Source of the DNA: Eutreptiella sp. 'Long Island Sound 2002'
Taxonomy: Eukaryota > Protista > Euglenida
Direction of reading: 5' to 3'
Length of the DNA: 64,000 bases
Assembly (NCBI GenBank): GCA_964036045.1
Contig: OZ038378.1
Span: 95,852,001 to 95,916,000, forward strand
In this document: piece by piece, positions 36,443-50,439 of the stretch
How positions within the stretch are numbered: position 1 is the first letter of the stretch
Layout: each line of letters opens with the position of its first letter
The notes under the pieces: model-generated
What the model saw: the letters and a program-made list of their open reading frames with translations, nothing else
Told to the model about the DNA's origin: nothing
The model's database searches: none
Translations under genes and position numbers: made by a program

Positions 36443-39400
36443 GGAGATGAATGAAATCCAAAATGGTGCTTTGCGACAGGGCTGTCGGACACTTGCCCAC
36501 ACAGGGGGCTGTCTTGGGACAGGGGTTCGCGACACGTGTCAAGAAAGGGGGGTGTCGTAAGACACCTGAACCAAAACAGGGGGGTTGTCGTGAACACAAG
36601 GGCTGTCTTCAGGATGTCGTGGGATTTTACGAAGTGCGCACGGCGCGTGCCCATATGGCGGCGCCGGTGTCCACGGGGTCCCTTTGGCATAGGGAACATG
36701 TTTTAGTACCTAAGAGTAATAGAATGTGAGGAGGTATGGTGGAGGAATACCCCACTTTTAGGGGGGGATTGTCGGCCTCATCGTGTCTTGCTGCACCACA
36801 AAGGGGCTGCCATAGGTTACAAACGCCCCAGTAGGGGATCGTTTTTCTACCTCAACTTCAGACTCAAGACTGCACGAGAAATACTTGAAAACATAGAGGG
36901 GAAAGGAGGGAGGGAAATAGTGGTGTTTAAAACCATGTTGTGGCCGCATGGCGCCGAGGGCCTCACCCCTGGAACGGGCGAACCTTCTCCCGGTCGGCCT
37001 CCTAGTAGGCCGGCAAGCGGAGCATCCGGAGGGACGCCCACCTCATCGCTAAGCATGCTGCATAGCAGCCCCTGCTCCATGATATTGTGGGGCAATGCAT
37101 GCACCCACTAAAGCACAAGCAATCCACGCAACTCCACGTTCCTCGGCACGTACAGTTCATACCCTACAAATATCATGCCATTCGCCAACTATGTGCGTTT
37201 CACCAATGGCAAGGGACCTAATGGCCTGCAAATCCGTGGAGATCTTGGCTCTAAGTTGGTGCATTGCAGCAAGTGAGGACCGGTAAGTCAATCTTTCTGA
37301 CCGCCCTTGCACCAATAATCTCCTCTCAACCTTCTTGGAACATGTTTGCTTCTCAAGCAGCTTACGGGAGGGCCGACAAAATGGTTCACGGCCCAACGGA
37401 AAGGACCAAAGCCCATTTTTTTGGAAAAAAAAGGTGAAAACGGGGCAAAAATGACATTACGAAGGGCGAGGGACCACTTTTGTGACGACAATGTCTCCCA
37501 AGTGGTGACGTTGTTGGTCTTCGTGTCCCTTGCATGTCGTGCGGTGCCTCTCAACTTTTGCGGAAAACATTCCCCCACGTAGCAGGTCACCGGGGGACCG
37601 ACACCAATGGTTCACAACCCAACGCAAAGGACCACAACCCATTTTGTGAAACAACAAACGAAAACCCTACAAAAATGACACTATGAAGCCCCAAGGGCCA
37701 ATTTTGTGCGGAGAACGTATCCAAACTGGTGGCCCGGTTGGTGCTAAAAGTATTTGCATGTGGTGCGGCGCCTACCACGCTTTCTAGAACACGTTTGCAT
37801 GCGCAACAAGTTACCGGGGGGGACGACGCAATGGTTGACGGTCCAATGGAAAGGACTGGCCAATTTTCCGGAAATAAAAACGCAAGCATGGCAGGTCAAT
37901 ATCAGGTACCACTGGAAATCACAGTGTGGGTCTTCAAAGCATGTGCAACGCCTTACCCCTTTTCCTTGAACACCGCAGTTCACCCAGGAGGGGGGGGGGT
38001 GACCTCAGTGCGGGGGCATCAATGGCTAACCTACATGTTAGAAGGGTACCATGACACCTCATTTTTGAGGACACCCAATTGTACCCTTCGTGAACAACCC
38101 GTAACTGGTCGTTTGAAGGAGCGCGTGAATGTGACCCCATTTTTTGGTGTTTTGCCCACTACTTGGTGCCATTGTGCTTGTTCGCAAAGCCTTTTTCGCA
38201 AGGTTGCAGGGACTCTCCATGCCTTGAGGTGTGGCCGATATCCTTTCGGGCACTTGATAAAGACAAACATGTGCCTGGACCGTGAATGGACCGCGAACAG
38301 TCGTGTGAATTTAACTGTGATGTTTAATGGTTTGTGCACAAGTTGGCGCCATTGTGTCCGTTGGTTGAGTCTATTTTGCACGAATGTGGGCGTCAACAAT
38401 GTCTACATTCATTCGAAAACAAAACGAGAAACGGACACAATGCCACCAAGTAGTGAGCAAAACGCGAAAACCGTGAATCGCCAATTCAAACGCCACTTCA
38501 CGAAGGGTACGATTTGTTCGGGCAAGCCGTTTTGCAGGAAGCTGAGTGGTTTTGATGGCGGAGTGCGTGCCGGTAAGCTGGCACAAGCCCGCTGTCCCCA
38601 TATCGGAACTCAGCGACAAACTTGGTGCGGATACGGACCGGCCCGAATGTTGAGATGATGGTACCGAGGGCGGCTGTTCCGCCGAACTCTCAAAAGCAAG
38701 AGATTGAGGAATTGTTGCCGCGCAAACACGATGCCTACGAATTCCCCGGACCGTCTCCAGCGAGCAAGGGCCGAAAGTGGCCCCTCGATCGCGGTGCCGT
38801 GGCCCTTGTGGGACGCAGCTACATGTACAGGCAGTTCCGCGGGAGCTGGCGCACAGAGCGGCGGCATGCATCAAAGAAGGTCACATGAAAGGTGAGAATA
38901 TCACAGGGCAAGGCAGTGCAATTAACCGTGAGCATGGAGAAAGGGACGCCGGCTGCCTATTGCCGGTTTGAACGAGAAGGACCCCAGTGGAAAGCACCAA
39001 GGCACTTGATGGACACATAGAAATCTAGGAAAATGGAGGGAAAAGAGCAGAAGAAAGGGAAACCGCACACCTCAAAGGCACCCAGTTTCCAAGCGCCGGC
39101 GCAGAAGAAAGCGCTAAATACGGTAGAAGGCCAGCGCTTGTTTTAGCTGCCACTAGAGAGCACGCGTGAGGAGGAAGTGGACGAAGCGGAGGAAGGGGAA
39201 GAAGAGTAGGAGGAGGACGAAGAAAACCCCAAGGCAGCCGTAGTGGTGGATGAGAGCTCACAGCAGTCGGAGTGAGAAGAAGAAGGGGTTGGAGGGATGC
39301 ATGCAAGGGTGCGGCAACGCCGGGAATACTATGACCCCGCACCAAGGCACAAGCAAAAAAATAGCCAGCAGCCAGGGAGACCAAAAAAGAAGCCCATCTG

Positions 39401-42400
39401 AATCGTGCCATAGGCGACGACACGTTGTTGAAGAAGATAACCATAACCGGCCCCAAGCACAGGAAGTCAGAAAGAGAACAAGTGGCTACACAGATTGTGG
39501 GATGAGGCGAAGCAGCATTCGGAGAAGGCAGGGGAGAGGTGTGTGGCCTAGGTTGCCACAAGTGACATCACACCCAAGGGCACAGCGCGTGCGACAAGAG
39601 AAGAGGGCCAGCGATGCGCCGGAGGAGTATCACATTTAGCGATCCGAGTTCCGAGACATGCAGTTCCTCTACAAGCGCATAAAGGTTCTCCCCCCTGGAA
39701 GTATAGGCACGATGCCACGACGACCTTGTTCGTGCCACTGTGAACGGGACGAGGGGCCGTTGGATATTGCGGACAAGCATGCGTCTGTGGTCGCCGTGGA
39801 CCTCACCGGAGATAACTTGTTTGTGGCTCATCCCCTACGTTAGCAACCGTCCGTTGACATGGGGACACAATTCGCAGCGATTAATGACCTAGTGTAACGG
39901 TTCCAAGAGGCTTGGCCGGCATCCGTGGCACAAGGCATAAACTCTCATTTTATTGAGGTACCTGTTGCGGGGTTGTGCCTGTGCCACGAAGGAGCGTGGA
40001 GGGTGCCCAAGCCACTGGATCTATTTGGCTCAGAAGCGATAGCAACGCAGCATATGCAAGCGGACACGTTGGCATGGCTGGAATACTCCAGGGCGCCCGT
40101 AAAAGAGCAGCAAAATGCAGAAAGGAGCTAAGTCGGGGAAGCGGCCGAAGCTGGTTAGCCACACACTGCAAGAGCCAACGGTAGCCGCAGGGGAGAGGCG
40201 AATGTATGTAGCTCTGGGTAAGGCCGCCATGTTCGCTGCCGTAGCGCGGAAAAGCGGTCAAGGCCTAGAGTGTTTCATTGGCACGGGTGTGGGCAATGCA
40301 GCCGAATGTGAGGATCGATAACGGCAAGCTGAGGTACGTGAGGGTCGCACGGCTGTAGGAGCTGCTGAGGCTGGTGTACCCCGGCAAGCGGTGGGCCGGT
40401 GAGGCCAACCACTTCGTGGCGATCGCCACGGAGACGTCAGTGCCCTGCACTCTTGGTGTGGAGAGACCGCGGACGTATCCTAGGCGCCCGCCAGACAAGG
40501 GCAAGGCGGAGCGAGCACGGAAGAAGGGAAGGAGCAGGGCGGTTTGAGGCAGTGAGCAGCAGTTGAGGGGAACCAGATGGTTGACAGGGACGGTAGCCAG
40601 TGTTGTTGTGGCTGCTATGTGGTGTGCAGCGTGGGTCCCGTGTTGGTTTGTCTGGCCTTCCATGGTCTATTTACGGGGGCCAAAATGCCTAGACCCCTGC
40701 ACGGACAGCCCCCTCCACTGCGCGCACATACTAGGGGAGGTGGCAAGCCTGCTAGCGTGTGGTGGTGGGACCACGGCCAATGTTGGGAAAGCGATGTGTG
40801 CTATGGGGTTGCCCTAATGTTGCAGAAGCGGGACCAATAGGGGGAGGACCAGGATGCACAAGGGGGACGCTTGGGGGCAACAGAAGCATGGGAGAAAGAA
40901 GAGGAAAAGAGGCAAAAGGATGGGAGTGGGCTTGCCGGGACATGGGTGGATTAAGAGGGAAAAGCAGAGAAGTGATGCAGCGGAACAGTGGAGGGAGAGA
41001 GGAAGGAGGCAAGCAAGAATGAGAGTGCAATGGGTGATGCAAGGGCAATGCAAGGGCGATGCATGGGCGCCACACATGCGATGCACGGAGGACACCTTTC
41101 CCCTAACCCTGGCATGCACACGAATCACGCGGTGAACTGAGGCTGAACGGGAGGAGGGAGGAGGAGACCAATGTGCCTATGCAGTATGATCAACCAACTG
41201 CTGCACAAGATGGCACTAGCAAATGAGGAATTATGAGGTAACAAGTACAGACATATAGGCAAACAGGCCAAATGACCGTGACCGTGACCTGGAATAGCGA
41301 GGATTCGCTCAACGCATTTGGAGGCTGCCCACCATGGCCTCGCGTCCCCAATTAGGGGCCCCCGATCGTGGGGCACCGGGCTTCCCCCCCCCTCCATACC
41401 CTCTCGGCCGACAACCCCCCTCTCTCTTGTGCTCCGCCACTTCCACATAATGTCACTAAACTTCCATGGAGGCCGCCCGGCCTACAATGGTCATGTGTGG
41501 CCCATCACATGCCCCGGATCGGGGGGCCGACTCACGGAGCCGGGTTCCCCCCTAGTCTGCCGCCATTCCCCATGCCTGCTTCCTTGTGGTCCCTCCGTGC
41601 ACCATCTTCCCCACTTTCTGCCCCCTATGGTTGGCGGCGGGCCTTCCCCCTCCCTTCCCGCTGTTTTCCCTGTTACCTCCCCTTTTGTTTGCCACCTGTC
41701 TCGACTCCAATTTCTGTGGAGGGGGGGGAAGCACACGGGCGCGGGAGGAAGGGGGGGGGTCGGTGGCCCAAGGGGGTATTGAGGGGGATTTACCGTAGAG
41801 AAAGTGTCCCGCGTTTAAAAAAAATTACATATGGGTTGGGGGGAGACAACTGTCGCAGTTCAAAAAAAGTCTTTCCCCCCCGGGCAGAATTTTTTTGCCC
41901 CCCCCCCCCCCACGCGCCCTAGCTAGGAATGTGCCAGCAAAAGCATCTCTGTATGTACATAGGTGATGACGTCTTGCACCTTTGAACATGTGTGAGTGGA
42001 CGATCCCTGCTTCACGAGCTAACAAGAGCACTAAAAGCCTCTTGCTCGACCACGAGTAATTTTGCTTGCTACTCAACCCATCGCTGCATGCCCAATACCA
42101 CTGAAGGACATTCGGTGCCGTAAGAACGTGAGCGGGACACGTGTACACAATCACGCATGGAAAGCTTCCATCCTGGTGGAGTGGTCCATGGTGCCCGAAG
42201 TGCTGCTTGATGTTTAGCAGCATACCTCTTGCATTTACTCTACTGTGGTTCATGAAAATATTTCTGATTGCATTTGTGCAGTCTCATGTGGGCAATGGTA
42301 CTGGTGTTGGAACGTAGGAGCATACGTGTTGTGTTCCGCTCTACTATGGTTCATGAAAATATTTCTCGTTATATTGGTATAGTCCAATGGTATTGGCCTT

Positions 42401-43115
42401 GGAACGTAGGAAGTCTGCTAAGATGGCCACCGCCATTCTGCGCCAAATGGCACGTCTCCACGTAGGCAGCAACAAAGTGTTTCTCTGCATTTTCCCTACT
42501 GCTCAGGTACACGTTGTATGGTAAACTACGTGGTTGTGTTGAGATACATACGACCCGTAGGTTGATATTCAGGGAGAGACTATTTGCTTCCCTCCGCGTG
42601 ATCCCTCACAATGTAACAGATGTTGTGGCCACTGCGTACTAGTCTCGCTGGCCCTACAAAAGTGGCTCCGGGAGCAATCGGCTATCGTGGTTTGGGTGCA
42701 GTACGAGCATGGTGGGCAGCAAACTGACATCGGGGCCTCACACTACCACCAGACTGGTTTCCGAGTGACCAGCACCGCCACCCGGTGGTCCATCGCGTGC
42801 AAATTTGGGCTGATCACCGGTTCCATCGACACGTGACACGGGCCAAAGTCATGCTATTTTTGTTTTCTCCTATTGTTCATCCGGCTTTATCTATTTTTGG
42901 GCGTTGTTTCCGTGTTTTTTGTGTGATTCTTTTTCAATCTTGCATGTGATACAATCCCAACAACGTCCACCCGAAGAAGTAACAATTAGCCATTCCTCAA
43001 CAGAAACAAAAAGTGGGCAACAACTTTTCGCCTAAGGTAAAATAACACCAAATAGGCTTCCACAAGAATAAACACTACGTTCCACAAGGCATTCATGTAC
43101 ATTGTAATAATATTT

Positions 43116-45398
43116 CGCCAGTGGCGGCCAGGGAAGGGGGTGCACTTTGTGGTCCAATGCACTGCAGTCCCGGCACCCCCGCACCCCGTATACCACCCCG
43201 CCGCACAGCACCAGTACGAGAGGTCGGGGGGGGGGGGCGGCACGCGGAACACCGCCACCGCGTTGGCCAAGGCGGGTCCCCCTACCATAGCCGCCCCCGC
43301 CGCGTTCGCCGAACTTAATGGCGGACCCCGTGAAGGCCCCGACGGCCACGACACACTTTCGGACACCAATGGAAGTTGTCCCATAGCAAGGAGCGCCGAC
43401 TGGTTTTGAGGTATGTGTCCTTGCTTGTGGGCTAATATTTTGACTTTTTGGGTGAATTTTCGTAGGTTAACGTTTGATTTTTCGATCGCCGGCACAAAAT
43501 TGGAGTTAAGAGATAATATTAACTTAGAAAATTAAAGGATCGTCATAAAAATTAAGTGTTGTGCTGTCCGCCTCTTTGCAGGTGATGGATGTTGTCATCA
43601 ACGCCACGGACGCTCGTCTCGGCGTGACCACAATGCGGCCTATGAGGTGCCACTCGGGCACTTCACCGCTAGTCGCGGCCGACCCGCACTTGGGGTCATG
43701 CATCTTGTGGGGGTTGAGGACTTGGGAGCACGGAAGGGTCTGCGCGGAGGTGTGGCCGGGTGCAGCGAGGTACATGGCTGGGGAGTGGGCCAGGTTAGGG
43801 CACATCAAGTCCACGGGGGCAGAGGATGAGGGGATATGGACAGGGATGGTGGGGGGTGATTGGGAGCGTGAGGAAGCGTTGAAAGCGCAGCCCCCCGCCC
43901 CCCCCCCAAGACCAAACCACCACCCCCCAAACCAACAGTCACCAAAACCGGTGACAAGAAAAGCTCCAAATTTGAGTGCGATGAATCGTCGGATGAAGCC
44001 ATCCCCCCCCCCAAACAAGAAACGGGCCCCCCCATCCAAGCGGCCCCCGGCCACGAAGGCCACGCACGCCCCCAAGAAAAACCCCTCGCTCTCCCAAAGG
44101 GGGGGGGGATGGTGCCGGCGACCCACTCGTCGGCACCAAGGGCCGCACCCCGCACCTCATGTACGTGGAGGTGGGCACCGTCACCGGTGTCCACCAGAGG
44201 AAAGCGAGGGTCGTCTAGGTGCAATACCCGGACTACCCCCAGCTCTACGAGGTGAACCGTGGCCTCCTCTTCCCCACCCCCCAAGGTGCCCAAGAACACT
44301 TGGACTATGTTCGCAACGGCAAGGGGAAAACCCCACACCCCCAAGCCTTCGGGGCCAGCGTGACCCGAAGATGAACCCCTTGCTTGACCCCAGGACTAAC
44401 CCCGCGACAACCCCCTGAGTAACCCCAAAGCACAAAACAATCCCACTCCTAACCTGACCCGTGACCCACCGCAACAATCGTGGGACCCCAAGACGGGGCC
44501 GCAAGAGGTGTAGCCTACAGGTGCCACCACCTGTGGTACAGGTGCTATACTGGCATGGGAGCCAGTAATGAATACCGGATATCGTTGGGAAGGTATATCG
44601 TGTGTTGTTGTGTGCTTGGAGGGAGTTTCAGGGAGGGTGGTTAGTTTTTCAAAATTTGGGTATCAATGTAACAGGTTAATATTAACGTCGGCGACACTTT
44701 GATTTTCAATGTTTCAAATATTACAGAAAAATTAAAGTCAAAACGTAAAGCCCAGGAGCATTTAATTTTTTCTCCATGGAGGCAGGTGAGACCCCACCCC
44801 AACCTGCACGTAAAAATGACACCCGATCCCGTAAGGCACTGTGTTGGGGTAGAGTTTCTCGCTTCCGCCCCCCCCACCCCAATAAGGGTCAACTTTGGGT
44901 TAGCCATTAATGTTTGCCCCAAATGTTAGACATATTGGGTTTAACATAGGTCTCTAGGGTGGGGGGCTCGGAGTGTCCCCATGCAGAGCGACCCCAGTCC
45001 AGCACCGCTCTATGGATAGCCTGCAGCCCTGCTTGCTTGTGGACTAGAAGATCTTGTGATGCCCCAGGCATCGTGCGTACAATCCCCAAACGGCCCTTGA
45101 TGCTGACCTCCCATGATCTCGCATGATACGCCAACCAAACTTTTTGAGACTCCTACACCACTTGCCGGACAAATTCCGTCGCAATTTTGTATGGTACAAC
45201 GAACCCCATGTGCGCTAGCCGCAAGGATAGTGTTGCAATGCCCGCTAACTACTTGAGGACTGACAATCCCATAACCGGCTTTGAACGTGTGACGCCCTTG
45301 GCCGCACACAGGTGCTTACCCTAGTGAACAGGCACTGCTTGTCTCGTCTGTTGGACACTTGTCAATTCCTCGAGGGACCAAATTGTTGTGAACGACAA
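43116..45398 (+). other. 2.28-kb inversion in the right arm (now a direct copy of 17591-19890), splitting ORF2
   Basis: Junctions TAATAATATTT|CGCCAGTGG at 43115/43116 and AACGACAA|GACACCATTCC at 45398/45399. The uninverted order is seen in L1, L2 and the outer right copy. Confidence 0.92.
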
Positions 45399-46352
45399 GA
45401 CACCATTCCGGCGTGACCCAATGCTGGAGGGCCACGTGGAAATGTGCGGTCCCGAACCGCACACTTCGCGGGTCGCCGCACAAGTTGAGCAAGCTCAAGG
45501 ACCCGACGCTAATGCCCTTTGGCACTGGGCTGAGGGGCTCGCCGGGGAGAGGGCGCGAGGCCCACACGCCCCCTCGCTCGCTATCCCGCCGCTAGGTGCC
45601 CTTGTTTTCCCTGTGCCGGTGAATCTAGAACCGCACGAGGCGGGGAAACACCCACTCAAGGGTCATGTGCGCGTGGGGCGTGCGTGCAATCAAGGGTTGA
45701 TTCCTTGCACAGCCCTCTTGGAGGGCGTGTGCCAGGCACGGCACCATTGCGGCCTTGCCGGTGGCCGCGGCATTGGGCCTTAGGGGCCACCTTTAGGAGC
45801 TATTGGGTGAGGTTTAACTTGTTGGGGGGGTTGGGGGGGTTTGGCCTCCACCACCTCCCGCTCCGCCTCCTCCAACACCCCATCACCCCCCTCGTCCACC
45901 ACCACCTCCCCACTCTCCTCCTCCTTGACCACCCCCCGCTGGCCTCGTTGTCACCCTGGCTCTCTCTCTCTCTCCTTCCCATTCTTCTCCCTCTTCTTCT
46001 CTCCCTTCCTCTCCTTGCGCTCCCGCCGCCAGTGAGAGGAGTTGTCGCTTGACTCCTCTCCCCCTTGACTTGGCGAGGGAACTCTGGTTGGTGGTGCTGC
46101 TGGTGGTGGTGGTGGAGCTAGACCTACAAACAACAAGCAAAACAAGCACACCACGCGGTCTTTTGGAGCTTTCATCATGTCGCCCAAAAGGGGTTTAAGG
46201 CTGTCTTGATCCATGGATTGGTGAAACAAGAGCCAGAGGAGGGGACGAAAAGGAATAGCGTGGGGGACTTTGGGTGGCCATGATTTTCGTCATAGTGCAT
46301 TGGGCCGTATGTGGTCCCCGATGGTGTTCTAACGGAACGTCAAATTTCAAAA

Positions 46353-48297
46353 TCAACCTCTCCCACGTTTGCAACACCACCTCCACCTCCCGTTCCAATG
46401 CCGTAGCCCTCGGCAGCCCCCCCTCCCGCGGGCCGTATGGTCGTTGTAGGCCCGCTTGAGGACAGTGTTGACTCTCTCAACGACATCACCGCACACCGCG
46501 CCCAACCCAACCCCAGGCCGCGCCGCATTCGCCATAGCCAATGTCACATCCCACTCCAAGTAGAAGAGGAAGTTCGATTGGCAGCCGGCCTTGCAACAAT
46601 GCAGGCGGTACGCCCGCGCGACCTCCGCGGCCCGTAGGTGGACGCGTGTTGGGGTATCCGAGTACAACTCCGGGATGAGGACCCGCATGGCAACCACCGA
46701 TTTCCACTCATCGTCCTCCGGGGCGTAGGCCAATAGCTGCCCGACCTCCTTCCATTTGAGGTACAACGTCCGGGCCTCCTCTCCGACGGGCGAAGCCGAG
46801 GCCCCCAACGGGACGCCGCAAGGCCCGTAGAGCACGCATTGTACGGCCACGGCGTTGTCCTTGGAAAGGTCCCCTGGGCGGGGCTCAATGAAGGCCACTT
46901 GGAGGCGGCCCATGGCCATGCAACAATGGAGGATTCATAGCAAGACCAAGCACCGCTCCACCACAACGTGCGGGTCCCCTACGCCACCCCCATTCTCCAA
47001 GCTGAGGCCCGTCTCTTGATAGCGGCGACGGGCCACCGCCTCCCCCTCCAATGTGCGGCGGACCTCCGCCTTCACCCACGCCACAGCAACCTTGCCCCAC
47101 ACATCCATATTGTAATTTGAGCCTACCATGGGCGATATGCAGACCCCAATGAGGCGTCGCACGAAGGGTTGGTCGGGCGCGATGACCAAGTTAGCGGGCA
47201 CCCACTTGGTGCCCCTATAGAACTCCTTGCAGCTGTGGCCCAACTCGAACACCTACCAACAAATGGGGATTAATTTTTGCATCAATTTTTTCGAGGTTGA
47301 TATTAAATTCATTTTTCAGTCCGCCTTAGTTTTTGCGAAATATTAAGTGTTAACCTGGAGAAATTACCGCAAGAACGATAGCAAAACAAAATGACTGTAT
47401 ACCTGTAGGTTCTTGCACCATATTGTCGCTAGCGCGGCAATGTCCTTGTCCCCGCATACTCCCATACCAATCACCCCTACGTAGGCAGATGTCCGGCCCT
47501 GTGCACCGTGGTTGAGGAGCCCAATGGAAAGTGGGGTCCATCTTCCACCGGCGCACGGGAAGGCATCCCCACGGAGGAGGCAAGTGATCGGCCGCTTCCA
47601 ATCGATGGCGTCCACAACGGGTGGACGCCATTCGATGTAGCCGGCCGACGATTGCAGCCGCCAAGAGCGGTCGCTTGCGGGGGGATACGCCACGGACACA
47701 GGTCGATCTAGCGCAAGCGGCTTGACCAACTCCTTCCATGTGTCCATGAAGCGGTCACGTGAAGGGATGGGGCGGGCCAATGGCAGGCCCGTTGCGGTGG
47801 TGTATGTGGCCCCCCCGGCGGCTAATAAACTTCGACGCATGCCGGAAGCCCCCCATCGGGACATTCAAGTGCATAAGTAAACCAATCTACTTGGGTGCGG
47901 GGAAGAAGATAGATGCATATTGCTTCACGGCCTCTGTTTGTTTGTTGCGGATGATTGGGAGTTGGGCAACCTCGGTGGCCTGGTACCACCGGGCCTTGGC
48001 CAAAGGGGATGAGGCCACCCACTCACCAAGGAGTTGGGAGACCAAAGGGTGCCGCAAACTCTTGGCCCCGCTCAAACGCATGAGCATCATACTAAGCTCG
48101 AGAAGAGTGTCACGAGACAAAGGCCTAACAAGAGCTACACAAGGAAAAAAAGGCGGTTGGGAGTAGGGTGAGTGGAGGGACCGGAGAGGGATGTGTGGGG
48201 CTACATAACCACCCATAGGACTATGCAACCTTGGTAGCAACCCGTTGGGCACCCTTTGACCACGCAAACACGTCAAATGGGCATGGTACGAGCACAA
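46353..48297 (-). pseudogene. Family A transposase, mirror of L2, with GT-AG intron 47253-47402
   Basis: Same motifs as L2; intact CAG|GTATAC donor and TTGGTAG|GTG acceptor; disabled near 46935 and 47887. Confidence 0.75.
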
Positions 48298-50439
48298 GCA
48301 AAGCGGGGCAAATATGCCTAAATTGGGTTAACGTGTTAATATTTGACAGGTTAATTTTTACATCCCTTCATACATTAAAAATCAAAATTGCCCCCCCCCC
48401 CCCCGCGCCTTGGGTGCGAATGTGCCAGCAAAAGTATCTTTGTATGTACATAGGTGATGACGTTTTGCACCTTTGGACATGTGTGAGTGGACCATCCCTG
48501 CGTCAGGACCTGACGGGAGAACTAAAAGCCTCTTGCACGACCACCAGCAATTTTTGGTTGCTACTCAACCCATTGCAGCATGCCCAATACCACTGAAGGA
48601 CATTCGATGCCGTAAGGATGTGAGCGGGATACGTGTACACAACCACTCATGGAAAGCTTCCGTTCTGCTAGAGTGGTCCATGGTGCGCAAAGTGCTGCTT
48701 GATGTTTAGCAGCATACCTCTTGTATTCGTTCCGCTGTTGTTCATGAAAATATTTCTTGTTGTATTTCTACAGTCTAATGGGGGCAATGGTATTGGTGTT
48801 GGAACGTAGGAGCATACCTGTTGTATTCCGCTCTACTATGGTTCATTAAAATATTTCTCATTGCATTGGTCTCTTGTGGGCAATGGTATTGGCGTTCCAA
48901 CGTAGGAAGTTTGCTAGGATGGCCACCCCCATTCTGCGCCAAATGGCACCTCTCCACGTAGACAGCAACAAAGTGTTTCTCTCCATTTTCCCTACTGCTC
49001 AGGTACAAGTTGTATGGTAAACTAGATGGCTGTGTTGAGATACATGAGACCCGGAGGTTGATATTCAAGGAGAGACTATTTGCTTCCTTCCGAGTGATCC
49101 CTCACAATGTAAGAGATGTGGTGGCCACTGCCTACTAGCCTCGCTGCCCCTACAAAAGTGGCCCCAGGAACAATCGGCTATCGTAGTTTGGGTGCAATAC
49201 GAGCATGGTGGGCAGCAAACTGACAGGGGGCTTCAGACTCCCACCAGACAGGTTTCCAAGTGACTGTCACCGCCACCCGATGGTCCATCGCGTGCAAAGT
49301 TGGGCTAATTAACGGGTTTCATCGACGCGTCACACGGGCAAAAGTCATGCTTTTTCCGTTTATCCCGTTATTCAGCAGGCTTTTTCCATTTTTGGGCGTT
49401 TTTGCGTGTTTTTTTTGTTTTTTGTCCTTCGTTTTCAATCTTGCATGTGATACAGTCTGAACAACGCCCCCCCCGAAGAAGTAACAATTAGCCATTCCTC
49501 AACAGAAACAAAAAGTGGGCAACAATTTTTCGACTAAAGGAAAAAAAACAGCAAACCTGCTTCCACAAGAATGAACACTACGTTCCACAAGGCATTCATG
49601 TACATTGTAATAACATTTGTCGTTCACAACGATTTTGTCCCTTGAGGAATTGACAAGTGTCCAACAGACCAAACAAGCAGTGCCTGCTCACCAGGGTAAG
49701 CACCTGTGTGCGGCCAAGGGCGTCAAACGTTCAAAGCCGGTTGTGGGAATGTCAGTCCTCAAGTAATTAGTGGGCATTGCAACACTATCCTTGCGGTTAG
49801 CACACATGGGGTCCGTTGTACCATACAATATTGGGACGGAATTTATCCTGCAAGTGGTGTAGGAGTCTCAAAAAGTTTGGTTGGCGCATCGTGCAAGATG
49901 ATGGGACGTCCGCATCAAGGGCCATTTGGAGCCCGGACGCACGATGTTTTGGGCATCACAAGAGCTCCTAGTGCACAAGCAAGCAGGGGGGCAGGCTATC
50001 TACAGAGCGGTGCTGCACTGAGGTCGCCCTTCATGGGGACACTCAGAGCCCCCCACCCTAAAGACCTATGTTAAACCCAATATGTCTAACATTTGGGGCA
50101 AACATTAATGCGTTAACCAAAGTTAACCCTTATTGGGGGGGGGGCGGAAGAGACAAACTCCAACCCAACGCAGTGCCTTACCGGATCAGGTGTCGTTTTT
50201 ACCTTGGGGTTGGGGTGGGGTCTCACCTGCCTCCATGGAAAAAAATATTAAAATGCTCCTGGGGTTTGATTTGTGACTTTAATTTTTTCTGCAATATTTG
50301 AAATATTGAAAATCAAAGCGTCGTGGACGTTAATATTGACCTCTCAAATTTGTACCCAAATTTTGAAAAATTAACCCTCCCTTGGGGGTTGTTGCGGGGT
50401 TAGTCTTGGGATCCGGCAAGGGGTTCATCTTCGGGTCAC

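Noticed and set aside
1662-37926. RSS heptamers (CACAGTG) as RAG-like signals
   Set aside because: A handful of scattered hits, about chance level, with no spaced nonamer noticed and none at unit or inversion boundaries.
37729-38658. 309-aa ORF as a real CDS
   Set aside because: It is interrupted in the mirror arm, starts inside a tandem repeat and has no recognisable motifs.
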